This document shows, in pieces, positions 1 through 12,225 of a stretch of 64,000 bases of DNA. This DNA is from Dehalococcoidia bacterium (lineage in GTDB: Bacteria; Chloroflexota; Dehalococcoidia; Plut-88900), in NCBI GenBank assembly GCA_965249275.1, contig CBDFLQ010000005.1:160001-224000 (forward strand), written 5' to 3'. Within the stretch, counting starts at the first letter, position 1; each line of letters opens with the position of its first letter. Under the pieces are notes generated by a model. That model did not search any database. It had not been told where the DNA came from and saw only the letters and a program-made list of their open reading frames with translations. The position numbers and the translations under genes were made by a program.

Positions 1-527
1 CCATGATCAAGATTTGCCCTTCCGTCGAATACTTCGAGGCCAACCTCCAGGATGCCCTCGCCGGCCGCTTTACCAACAGCCCCCAGATGTACATCCAGAT
101 ACCCTCCGTCTACGACGACTCCCTTGCCCCTCCAGGCCACTACGTCATGTCCATGTGGATGCAGCTCCAGCCGGTCACCCTTTCCAACGGTGACTGGGAC
201 CACGCGCACCAGCAGATCTTCGATGTTCTCATGGATACCATGTCCGTCTACGCTCCTAACATCCGCGAAGTGGTCGACCAGTGGCAGGTGTTCACCCCGA
301 TGGATATCGAGCGGAGGGTCGGCCTCACCGACGGGAACATCCGCCAGCTCGACACCATTCCGGGCCAGCTCTTCTCTCGCCGCCCGCTGCCCGGGTGGTC
401 GGACTACAACACGCCCGTAGACGGCCTTTATCTATGCGGCGGTGGGACTCATCCCGGCGGAGAGGTCACAGGCGCTCCGGGCCACAACGCAGCCCACGCC
501 ATCCTCAGCAACTTGGACCGCAGTTAA
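1..527 (+). CDS. Phytoene desaturase-like FAD-dependent oxidoreductase, C-terminal part (5' truncated by window)
   Basis: Motifs PSVYDDSLAPPG, TPMDIE and TPVDGLYLCGGGTHPGGEVTGAPGHNAA are typical of the C-terminus of this family. Confidence 0.8.
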   Translation, partial: MIKICPSVEYFEANLQDALAGRFTNSPQMYIQIPSVYDDSLAPPGHYVMSMWMQLQPVTLSNGDWDHAHQQIFDVLMDTMSVYAPNIREVVDQWQVFTPMDIERRVGLTDGNIRQLDTIPGQLFSRRPLPGWSDYNTPVDGLYLCGGGTHPGGEVTGAPGHNAAHAILSNLDRS

Positions 528-1441
528 CTCCCCAGCCTCGTCCCAATAAACTCCGGGCGCCCGAGGATGAAGGCCTCTATCTCCATCCCCCGACTCCCCT
601 CCGGTTGCACTTTTTTCAATGCAAGCTGACCCCGGCCCGTCTGCACCACCACCCCTCCCCTCCCCTTCATCACCATCCCTGGGTCACCCACTCCTCCCTC
701 GAAGGGTTCTGCCTCCAACACCTTCAATCTCCGTCCCGTCCACGTGGTGAAGGACCCGGGCCAAGGGTCATAGGCCCGAATTATTCTGTCTATCTCCACC
801 ACCGGCAGAGTCCAGTTGATCTCCCCGTCCCTCCGAGTCGCCTTCCGGCTAAAAGTGGCCAGCGAGTCGTCCTGCACGATTGGCTCGATCAAGCCCCGAA
901 CCCAGCCCCTCAGCGTTTCCACCAAGAGTCGCGCCCCCATCTCAGCCAGCCTCTTGGTCAAATCCCCAGTAGTTTCCCGCGGCCCGATCTCTAGGCTTAC
1001 TGAGCGGAGAATCGGGCCCGAGTCCACCTTCGGCTCGACCTTCATTACCGTTACACCGGTCTCCTCGTCGCCCTCCAGAATCGCATTGGCCACCGGCGCC
1101 GGGCCTCGATGCCGCGGCAGCAGGGATGGATGGACGTTGAGGACACCATAGGTCGGCAGGTCCAGCGTCCATTTCGGGAGGATAAGACCATACGCGGCGA
1201 CGACAACTACGTCGGGCTTGAGAGACTCCATCTCCGCTCGCGCGTCCTGCGTGGAAAGAGTTTCCGGTTGGAATACGGACAGACCCCGAGCCTCAGCCAA
1301 AACCTTGACCGGTGACTTCCTCGTCTTCTTACCCCTGCCGGAGGGCCGGTCCGGTTGAGTGTAGACCCCCACCACGCGCAACCCACTCCCGGCCAGGTGC
1401 TCGAGGGTCGGGACACCAAACTCGGGTGTTCCCATGAACAC
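524..1441 (-). CDS. fmt: Methionyl-tRNA formyltransferase
   Basis: VFMGTPEF N-terminus, YTQPDRPSGRG, VVAAYGLILP and NVHPSLLPRHRGPAP. The start may be a few codons upstream (CTG near 1450). Confidence 0.97.
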   Translation of the reverse strand: MFMGTPEFGVPTLEHLAGSGLRVVGVYTQPDRPSGRGKKTRKSPVKVLAEARGLSVFQPETLSTQDARAEMESLKPDVVVVAAYGLILPKWTLDLPTYGVLNVHPSLLPRHRGPAPVANAILEGDEETGVTVMKVEPKVDSGPILRSVSLEIGPRETTGDLTKRLAEMGARLLVETLRGWVRGLIEPIVQDDSLATFSRKATRRDGEINWTLPVVEIDRIIRAYDPWPGSFTTWTGRRLKVLEAEPFEGGVGDPGMVMKGRGGVVVQTGRGQLALKKVQPEGSRGMEIEAFILGRPEFIGTRLGS

Positions 1442-1863
1442 ACATCTCAGGTCTTGGAAGTCTTTAGGAACCTTGAATCGTCACCTCTTCTTTGCCGAGC
1501 TTTGGGCGCATTATAGGGTCTCGAAACGGGGCAGGCAAAGCATTCCATGTCGGTGGGTCAGCCCCACGAATAACCCACCAAAAGACGCGCAAAATTTGCC
1601 TTACTCATTCATTGACACGCCCATATTGGGGGTATGTTATCCTCTCTCTGTTGGTGGAGGACCAACTCTTTTGCCCCCCTTCCCCCGGCGGCGGACTCGG
1701 TTCAACCGATCCGATTGGAGTAAGGGATTGCAGATGGATTCTTAGGCCCGGAGTTCCAGGCCTGTGCCTGAATACTGTGCCTCCCCCACCCCGGCTCGAG
1801 AAGAGTCATACCTTTGCCGTATCTCTTCGCGCCCAAAATAAGACTGGTTATCATCTGGCGGTA

Positions 1864-3249
1864 ATGGAAGAAAATAACGCAAAAGACGTTTGGCGCGCAG
1901 CCCTTGGAGAGCTGGAGCTTCAGGTAACCCGACCCTATTTCGACACGTACCTTAAGGGCACCGTGGGGGTCTCGTCGGGCGAGGGCCGATTCACCGTGGG
2001 AGCGCCAAACGCCTTTGTCACGGAGTGGCTGCGCCTCAAGATGAGGCCCCGCATCGAGGAAACCATCCGAGGCCTAACAGGCATACCACTCATCGTCGAG
2101 TTCCTCGTATCCTCCCCACCGGGCCTCTCTCCCCAGACCTTCACCCCTTCCTCCGCGGTCACAGGCGGGCATGACGACGATGCGGACACGGCGGGAGCCT
2201 ACACTCCTCCTGCAGGACACAAGTCCGCCCCTCTCAACCGAAACTATACCTTCACCTCCATGGTGGTCGCCCGATTCAACAGGGTCGCCCACGCTGCGGC
2301 CCAGGCCGTCGCAGAGAACACCGATTACCCGTTTAATCCACTCTTCATCTACGGAGACGTTGGCCTTGGCAAGACCCATCTTCTCCATGCCATCGGCCAC
2401 AACGCCAGGTCTCGGAATCGGGACATGCTTTACGTCGGGGCGGAGCAGTTCACCACCGACTACGCCGAGGCGGCTCGAGAGCGAGACTTCGGCAACTTCC
2501 GGCGGAAGTACCGGGAAGTCGACTTGCTGATGGTGGACGACATTCAGTTCATCGGGGGCAAACGGCAGACCCAGGAGGGATTCTTCCACGTGTTCAACGA
2601 CCTCCACGGCTCCAACCGGCAACTGGTGTTCGCCGGGGACAGGCACCCGAGGGATATCGAAGCCCTTGACCCCAGGCTCGTGTCCCGGTTCGAAGGAGGC
2701 CTCCTGGCGGACATCACAGCCCCAAGCCTCGATACCCGGGTGGCAATCCTCAGACTGAAGTGCTCATCCATGAGCGTCGATGTCCCGGGTTCGATCCTGG
2801 ACATGATAGCCCGCATGGTCGATGGAAGCGTCAGGCAACTCGAGGGGGCTCTCAACCGGGTGCTCGCCTTAGCAAAGGCGGAATCCAAGCCCGTCACCCT
2901 GGCTTTGGCCAGCGAGGCACTTCTCAAAGGCGCCGAGCTGAGCCCAGCCAGCACATCCTCCGACGCTATCATAGAGTTCACTGCCACCCACTTCGGCCTC
3001 TCCATAGACGAGATCACCGGCAAGCGCAGGCTGAAACGCTACGTGCAAGCCAGGGACATCGCGATGTATCTCCTCCGAGAGGAGCTCCACCTGACCCCGA
3101 TGAGGATCGGGGCGCTATTCGGCGACAGGACCCCCACCGGCGTAAGCGCCGCATGCCGCAAGATTTCAGAACGAGCGCTAGCTAGCAAGTCCATTAGGTT
3201 GGACTTAGCGCGAATAAGAGACACCTTATTCAGCAACTCTCGCGTCTAA
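1864..3249 (+). CDS. dnaA: Chromosomal replication initiator DnaA
   Basis: FNPLFIYGDVGLGKTHLL (Walker A), LLMVDDIQF (Walker B), RLVSRFEGGL and a C-terminal domain IV. ATG 1864 is preferred over the longer ORF. Confidence 0.97.
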   Translation: MEENNAKDVWRAALGELELQVTRPYFDTYLKGTVGVSSGEGRFTVGAPNAFVTEWLRLKMRPRIEETIRGLTGIPLIVEFLVSSPPGLSPQTFTPSSAVTGGHDDDADTAGAYTPPAGHKSAPLNRNYTFTSMVVARFNRVAHAAAQAVAENTDYPFNPLFIYGDVGLGKTHLLHAIGHNARSRNRDMLYVGAEQFTTDYAEAARERDFGNFRRKYREVDLLMVDDIQFIGGKRQTQEGFFHVFNDLHGSNRQLVFAGDRHPRDIEALDPRLVSRFEGGLLADITAPSLDTRVAILRLKCSSMSVDVPGSILDMIARMVDGSVRQLEGALNRVLALAKAESKPVTLALASEALLKGAELSPASTSSDAIIEFTATHFGLSIDEITGKRRLKRYVQARDIAMYLLREELHLTPMRIGALFGDRTPTGVSAACRKISERALASKSIRLDLARIRDTLFSNSRV

Positions 3250-3650
3250 CTCGCCTAGCCTCGGGCCTAACCCACCCAGTTTCTATCCCAACCATGTCCC
3301 TCTGGGTTTACTTATTCATCCCCGGAATTCCCGCCACGTAACTTACTTTAATCCACAACCTGCCTTGCCGACATAGCTCGGATATAATATGTGTATTCCA
3401 ATCACTAGATCAGGTATTGGATAAACAAAAGTACGGGACCGCGTCATAAGACAAGCCTAACAGTCAAACAACTCTCGGCCCATGTTCCATTTCACTACTG
3501 ACTTTGCATGGAATAACCTTTCAGGGCAGTAAACCCAGACTACTCCTACTACTCTTGTTACATATATTCATCAATATACTCTATACAAATAAACTCACAC
3601 TGGAATAAGAATAAAGACCCGAAGTATGTCTTTAGAAATAGGTCACAGGA
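3250..3650. other. Candidate replication origin (oriC)
   Basis: AT-rich 400-bp intergenic region directly downstream of dnaA. It has a near-consensus box TAATCCACA (3349-3357) and a DnaA-trio-like run CTACTCCTACTACT (3540-3553) followed by an AT-rich tract. The top strand changes from C-rich to G-rich here. Confidence 0.75.
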
Positions 3651-4894
3651 ATGCTCGTTGACAACGTGTCGGTTGTGTTATCCGGAGGTCGAGGTGGGAG
3701 AGGGGCGGTCACCTTTAGGAAGGAGAAATTCGTTCCTTTCGGGGGGCCGGATGGCGGAGGTGGCGGCCAGGGCGGATCTGTCCTCCTACACCCGACATAC
3801 GAGGTTCGTTCTCTGTCCCACCTGGTTACCTCGCCTAAGCTTGCAGCTCATGATGGATGGGATGGCCGTCGGTCTAAAAAAATAGGAAGAGCAGGCGCTG
3901 ATCTCGTGGTCTTGGTACCTGTAGGTACCGTTGCAGAGGTAATGGGTGAGGGGGCGGGCTTTACCTTGGATATGACGTGTGCCGATGAGAAGCACATCGT
4001 TTGCAGCGGCGGGGGTGGAGGAAGAGGGAACCGCACATATGCTACCTCTACCATGAAAGTGCCTCGGATGGCGGAGGTTGGGGAGCCGGGAGAGACACGA
4101 GAGGTACGCCTGACATTTAAGATGCTGTGCGACGTGGCTATTATTGGAGATCCCAATGCCGGTAAGTCGTTGTTGCTGAACAAGATGACCGCGGCGGGAG
4201 CAAAAGTGGCCGACTACTGGATGACAACCGTCGACCCCATTGTCGGTGTGATGGAGACTGACTGGACCCAGTACCGGCTCCTTGAAGTGCCTTCGGTGTG
4301 GTCGACTTCCAGCTCGGGGGATGGTGCTCTGAAACACGCACACAGAGCCTCGCTGGTTGCACTGGTATTGGACGCCACTGAGGAATCCCTGGCCGATTCC
4401 TACCGCCGGGTAACCGACGCGCTGGCTGCGAAGGACGAGTACGTGCACGGGAAGCCGAGGCTGGTAGTTGTGAACAAGGTAGACCTTGCTGACAATGAGC
4501 TCAATGAGGCCTCTGAGAGCACAGATGAATTTCCCGGGGCTGTAGCAGTGTGCTACGTATCAGCGGCCACTGGTGAAGGAATCCCTGAGCTGATGAGGCG
4601 CCTGGTGGAATTGGTGAAAGCGACCGGAATGGAATCCTCGTCACAAGGTTCAGCTGAGGTGCCGGTGCTCAGGCCCAAGCCCAAGGGTCGGCGTATCTCC
4701 GTGGTCAAGGATGCCGAGACCTACGTAGTCCACGCCGGAGAGCTCGAGAGGCTGGTCAGGGGCACCGACATATCCGACTGGGAGGCCCGCATGCAGCTCA
4801 TGTCGCTGTTGGAAAGGGCAGGCGTGCACCAAGCCCTGCAGAAGGCTGGTGTTGTGGAAGGGGATACAGTAAGGATCGGTGGGTCGGATATGGA

Positions 4895-4904
<10 letters not shown>
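3651..4904 (+). CDS. obgE: Obg family GTPase CgtA/ObgE (divergent)
   Basis: Gly-rich Obg fold (FRKEKFVPFGGPDGGGGG), G1 GDPNAGKS, G4 NKVD, G5 VSAATG and C-terminal OCT domain (GVVEGDTVRIG). Confidence 0.93.
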
Positions 4905-7962
<3,058 letters not shown>

Positions 7963-8061
7963 CTACCTGGGACTGGCCGTCTGGCAGTCGAGAGTTGGGC
8001 CTTCGACCGGTCACGGAACCGTGGGCAAAATAAGTACAAGTACAAAACCTCGACCAAAATA

Positions 8062-8070
8062 ATTGTACCA
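8062..8070 (-). promoter_or_regulatory. Putative extended -10 promoter element for gyrB
   Basis: TGGTACAAT on the minus strand in an AT-rich patch about 140 bp upstream of the gyrB ATG. Confidence 0.4.
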
Positions 8071-8191
8071 CAATGCCCTGTTTTTAGCTACCGTTTGTGC
8101 CTGTCAAAAAATGGTGGAAACACGGGGGCACGCGGCCCGGTAGATCGGGCTGTCGGATTGTCATGTTTTGAGGGCTTTTTGATTGTTACAA

Positions 8192-9070
8192 TCAAAAGCT
8201 CGTGCCTGTTTGATTGATCTGGGAAGAAAGCCCGGCGCATCCTCGCTCGACCCTTCGACTGGGCTCCCGCCTCGGTGGATCTGCGACGGGATGAGCGACC
8301 CATCCCCAAGGAGGGGAATGCCCCGCTCCAGATTCCTTGAGGAGCCTCGGAATGACAAGGGAGCGGGGTGACGGCGTTGATTCAATTTGGGGTTTGGTTT
8401 GTTGGGGGTGGAGGTGGGAGGCGATGGAAGGTCCGAGACTCTTAAACAGGAAGACTACGACACCTGCGGCGGCCCCAGGGATCCGCCCCAGCGGATCTTC
8501 CAGGCCGGCGGCTATCCTGCGGCATCCCCACACATGTCTGAGGAGACGTGCCAAGTTCGAGGGAGTCTCTGTGTGGGGTCTATCCGTCCGGCAGCAGCGC
8601 TCGACTGAGCTGGGGGACGGGACATCGACTCTGTGCCGCGGTGCACCGAAGGGGAAACTCCGGTGGGAGCGGTGGTTGGAGTCGCATAAGGGCACTATGG
8701 CCGAAGAAGGCATGATGGCCCTAGAGGGCATGATAGCCCTAATGGGCACGATGGCCCGAGGAGGCGCTATGGCCTTAGGGGGCATAATAGCCCCAGGGAG
8801 CACGATGGCCCCAGGGAGCAGCGTGACGCTGAGCTCCAGAGCGTGGCCTGAGGAGGCGACGCCAAAACGCCCTGATGAGGGGGCGGTATATCGGCAAAGG
8901 CCCTTTGAGAGGGTGTGCCGCAAAAAGCCGATGGACCTTCCATCGCTTGGTAGGGGGTATCCGAGGGACACGATGGAGGAATGAGGACTTGGGAGGAGGC
9001 GCGTGCCGGTTGCCGTGCGGTCCCATACCGCTCGGGTGTGACGAGGCCTATGGAGGCTGGTGCGACTCAT
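8192..9070 (-). CDS. Possible orphan protein with hexapeptide repeats (AI[VM]PxR)
   Basis: AGGAG just before ATG 9070 and a promoter-like sequence upstream. Repeat variation is largely synonymous in this frame. The 3' end runs through REP-like repeats, so the extent is doubtful. Confidence 0.3.
   Translation of the reverse strand: MSRTSLHRPRHTRAVWDRTATGTRLLPSPHSSIVSLGYPLPSDGRSIGFLRHTLSKGLCRYTAPSSGRFGVASSGHALELSVTLLPGAIVLPGAIMPPKAIAPPRAIVPIRAIMPSRAIMPSSAIVPLCDSNHRSHRSFPFGAPRHRVDVPSPSSVERCCRTDRPHTETPSNLARLLRHVWGCRRIAAGLEDPLGRIPGAAAGVVVFLFKSLGPSIASHLHPQQTKPQIESTPSPRSLVIPRLLKESGAGHSPPWGWVAHPVADPPRREPSRRVERGCAGLSSQINQTGTSF
8244..8259 (-). repeat. Dispersed repeat family B core (GTCGAAGGGTCGAGCG), reverse copy
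   Basis: Exact 16-bp core also found forward at 34520-34535 and 57259-57274. Confidence 0.8.
8330..8357 (-). repeat. REP-like repeat family A, reverse copy
   Basis: Reverse complement TGTCATTCCGAGGCTCCTCAAGGAATCT resembles the consensus TGTCATCCCGAGGCYCCGCGAGGGATCT. Confidence 0.8.
8691..8834. repeat. 18-bp degenerate tandem repeat, 7 clear units plus 1 decayed
   Basis: Units such as GGCATGATGGCCCTAGAG, GGCATGATAGCCCTAATG and GGCACGATGGCCCGAGGA at an exact 18-bp period. Confidence 0.92.
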
Positions 9071-9129
9071 GGGACTCCTATGTCCTTTCCCTTGATTAGG
9101 CTCGACGTCGGTTGTCGGGCCTGGGGGGT

Positions 9130-9159
9130 AATATAGTACAGGTGTTCACATCGAGTCAA
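9130..9159 (-). promoter_or_regulatory. Sigma70-like promoter overlapped by a LexA-box-like site
   Basis: Minus strand reads TTGACT-N18-TATATT. GAAC-acct-GTAC (9136-9147) in the spacer is one mismatch from GAAC-N4-GTTC. Confidence 0.55.
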
Positions 9160-9626
9160 GGGGGTGGCGTCACTGGCCTGAGGCGAGTCTTCGATCCCAT
9201 CCCCCCGGGAATAAATGGAGGGGCGCCTAATGGACAGGCTCAGACCACTGACTCGACCTGCCTACATTTGAACAAAGGCCAAAATCAGATATACGACTAG
9301 GAACAAGCCCAGGCCCAACCCGAGGATAGCGAGCCCATACACCATCTTGTGCAGCCAGCTACGCATGGGCATCAACTATCGTTATCGGGAAAATGAACAT
9401 CTCTTTGCGGAAAGCTCCTTGAGTAGATTCAAGGCCGCAAGACAGATGATGAACAGTGCAAGCGGACCGTACCAGTGGACGTGCAGAATGAATAGAGGGT
9501 GCACATAGGGCAACCCGAGGTAGGCAAGGCCGAACAAGAGGCCAAGCCAACCCCATGACCTGCCACAGCTTCACCGCATCAGCACTCAACTGCCCTGATT
9601 CTGCCCGCTCTTAAACTACGGCTGTA

Positions 9627-9653
9627 GTGCTAGTGATGCAGCCGCACTAGCAC
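9627..9653. terminator. Hairpin downstream of the diiron protein gene
   Basis: 9-bp inverted repeat GTGCTAGTG / CACTAGCAC. Confidence 0.4.
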
Positions 9654-9776
9654 CGGTTTGGCTCTCCCGGTCTCAAATTCGGCACAGTTTCGTTAGTATT
9701 TGAGACGTTGGTCCTGGCCGGACGTTGCGATTTCAGGACCATCCGACAGCACAAGCGACCACCCGGGGCTCTAGCG

Positions 9777-10691
9777 CTACGCTGAGAGCGCTGCGGCGAC
9801 GCCCTCTATTTTCCCCGGCCCTGATGTAGTCAGCTCACTGACCGCTTTGACAATGTTCGGGTGCTGCAATCCAGATACGAGGAAGGTCCACCGACACGCC
9901 CGCTGCGTATTCGTCGTGATCTCCTCCTTCTCGGCAGCCGTGAACGTCCGTCCCGTCACCCTCTCAAGAGCTTCTACGTTCAGCCCAATCTGCTGTGCCA
10001 GGAGCCCGTCGATCGCCCCACCAAGCTCCAGAACCTCATCGATTGCACTCTCCCGCTCTTCAAGGGTCAGGTGCTCGGCTACTTCACTGATCAGCAACGT
10101 GTCCAGCTTGGCGTGCTGCGCCTCTTCAATCCAATGAAACCTCAGGAGATCCCGGACCAGCCCATCGAGGTCCGAGTCGTCGCGCACATGCTCTATGTAG
10201 TGGAGCTGGGTGAACCATTCGATAATCGCGGTCAATAGCATGACGGCCAGCTTTGACTTGCTCCGAACTACTTTCGCCACCTCTTCCCGGCCAGGGATTA
10301 AGCCGCACTCACTGCCGAAACCCCGGCCGAAGAGTTCAACCGATCTCCGAAACAGCTCCTGATGCTTGAGTTCTTCCTCAGCGAACCGCAATAACGAGCG
10401 GGCCCTGACTTCATCCCCATAGACATCATTCATAGCCTCTTCCGTGACGGTGGGGATTATGAACTCCTCCACGAACGCGAAGATGTGGCAGTAGGCGTTG
10501 CCCATAATCTGATTCAGCTGACGCCTCTCGTTGTCGTTCAAACATCCGATCTCGTCTACACCGGTCAGCCTGTTGGGCAGAAAGCGTTTCGAGAAGTCGA
10601 AATTCTTGTCGGCCAGGACATCGTCTTCCAACCAGGAGACCCTCTTCGAGATGTCAAGACACTCTTGGTACGTGTAGTTGTGTGAAAGCAT
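9777..10691 (-). CDS. Ferritin-like diiron protein (AurF-like oxygenase)
   Basis: Two ExxH motifs (EEELKH, EEAQH) with upstream Glu ligands (FVEE, IIEW). RBS AAGGAGGAG. Confidence 0.75.
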   Translation of the reverse strand: MLSHNYTYQECLDISKRVSWLEDDVLADKNFDFSKRFLPNRLTGVDEIGCLNDNERRQLNQIMGNAYCHIFAFVEEFIIPTVTEEAMNDVYGDEVRARSLLRFAEEELKHQELFRRSVELFGRGFGSECGLIPGREEVAKVVRSKSKLAVMLLTAIIEWFTQLHYIEHVRDDSDLDGLVRDLLRFHWIEEAQHAKLDTLLISEVAEHLTLEERESAIDEVLELGGAIDGLLAQQIGLNVEALERVTGRTFTAAEKEEITTNTQRACRWTFLVSGLQHPNIVKAVSELTTSGPGKIEGVAAALSA

Positions 10692-11346
10692 GGGCTACTC
10701 CTCCTTGCACTTGGCCTTTTGCTGCGATTCTCCATACTCAGCTTACTGGATCCAACACCAACACAATAACATAGGTGACATACATAGGACTTTCACTCAC
10801 GAATGCAGGCAAACTTTCTATCATGCCCGCAGATCCATCCGGGGAGCGGTCTGAGCCGGGTGACTGGTGGGCCACTCGGCCCGTACATTCGAAGTCCGCG
10901 CGTACGGCCTTCCTGCCGTCGCTTCGACAAGTGGCCGATATGGAAGGTCCTTATCTGGACCAACCCCGTCTTCATCGCAATCTTCCGCCGATGGAAGAAG
11001 TTCTGGTGCGGCTGGTACTCGCGTGCGGTGAGATAGGGCGCAGGTGGTTGGGTGGGCATGGGTTTAGGCAGACGGCGGGGCTCGGACTAAATCAGGGGAG
11101 AGGGGTGGGGTGGATGTGGAGAGAGGGCGTGGCAAAGGGAATCTATAGATGGAGGGGGTGGGAGTGCTAGGCTACGTGGGGGTTGGCTCAGGTGGTGAGA
11201 GCGCTTGCTTCACAGGCTAGAGGGCAAGGTGTCGAGTGCAGGGTAGGACCTGATTCCCCATGATGTTCCCTCTTCTGGCAAGTTTGACATCTCACTGTAT
11301 TGATACCTAACATACGCGGCAGCATACCAATAAAGGCGGTGGAACT

Positions 11347-11679
11347 ATGACCGACGCCTCCATAAAATCTCACGTCAAATACAACTTCATCAAGAGCCAA
11401 CAATATCGAGATATTCAGATTGACGGTATCTGGGGAGGAGTCCATCCCGGAGGATATATACAGATGGCCGTCTTCAAGGATAAATCGCACTTGCCTGAAA
11501 TGGTTGAATACGAAGTAGGTGAAGATGGCCGGATTGGTAAAGAATCATCTCGCGAGTTGCCCGATGGCATTACAAGAGTACTTGAAGTTGATATTGCGAT
11601 GAACCTAAATGTCGCAATAGTAATGAGAGATTGGTTGAACCAGAGAATTAGAGAGTTGAGTCCGCGTGAAGCGCGGTGA
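11347..11679 (+). CDS. Hypothetical protein (gene 1 of AT-rich islet)
   Basis: 110-aa ORF with RBS-like GGTGGA. Pattern IKS..YR.I.IDGIWGGV.P.G...RVLEVDI.M....A...RDWL looks like a conserved hypothetical family. Confidence 0.75.
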   Translation: MTDASIKSHVKYNFIKSQQYRDIQIDGIWGGVHPGGYIQMAVFKDKSHLPEMVEYEVGEDGRIGKESSRELPDGITRVLEVDIAMNLNVAIVMRDWLNQRIRELSPREAR

Positions 11680-11715
11680 AACCGGAAGACAGACCACTGA
11701 CTGTAGAGGTGTGGA

Positions 11716-12222
11716 TTGAATACCCAGACTCAGGGAGCGAGCATCCTAGACAAGTGCCCCATTCCCAAGGACTCTCCTCTTGGACACATGCGCTTCGAAG
11801 GCATCTGGAACTATGGAATACCTCTAGAAACCGCTGGGCCACCCAGTCATAGGCAATTAGCAAGATCTTCTAGCGGGATGGCCCCATTTAATGTCGATTT
11901 AGCTCTGTTGTTTCCCGACTTGCACGAGAACGTTGAAAACAAGTTCCAGCGCTTGTCCCGTCAGTGGAAGCATGACACAGGGCATATGTCAATGGGTTCG
12001 CGGATTGTAGCGCATCCAGCCTACCTCGAAATAATCGCAATAGGTAAGGCTGCAATTCCGCTAATTCTAGGAGATTTGGCAATGGAGCCGAATCACTGGT
12101 TTTCTGCACTGTCTGCAATTGCCGGCGATGGACCAAACATATCTGAGGAGGATAGAGGGAATATCATGAAGATTTCCCAAGCTTGGCTGGAATGGGGGAA
12201 GAGCAAGAAATACATTGAATAA
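11716..12222 (+). CDS. Hypothetical helical protein (gene 2 of islet; start uncertain, possibly ATG 11878)
   Basis: Conserved-looking C-terminal domain FQRL..QWK..T...S......HPAYLEIIAIG..AIPLIL..L...PNHWF.AL..I.G. It ends 3 bp before the next gene. Confidence 0.7.
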   Translation: MNTQTQGASILDKCPIPKDSPLGHMRFEGIWNYGIPLETAGPPSHRQLARSSSGMAPFNVDLALLFPDLHENVENKFQRLSRQWKHDTGHMSMGSRIVAHPAYLEIIAIGKAAIPLILGDLAMEPNHWFSALSAIAGDGPNISEEDRGNIMKISQAWLEWGKSKKYIE

Positions 12223-12225
12223 CAA

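Noticed and set aside
1492-1863. N-terminal extension of DnaA in the ORF track
   Set aside because: DnaA domain I similarity starts at ATG 1864. The upstream region looks like promoter and leader sequence.
8691-8834. Possible CRISPR array
   Set aside because: Contiguous 18-bp degenerate units with no unique spacers, and no cas genes in the window.
10775-11170. Several overlapping short ORFs between the diiron gene and the AT-rich islet
   Set aside because: No motif, clear RBS or codon pattern favours any frame.
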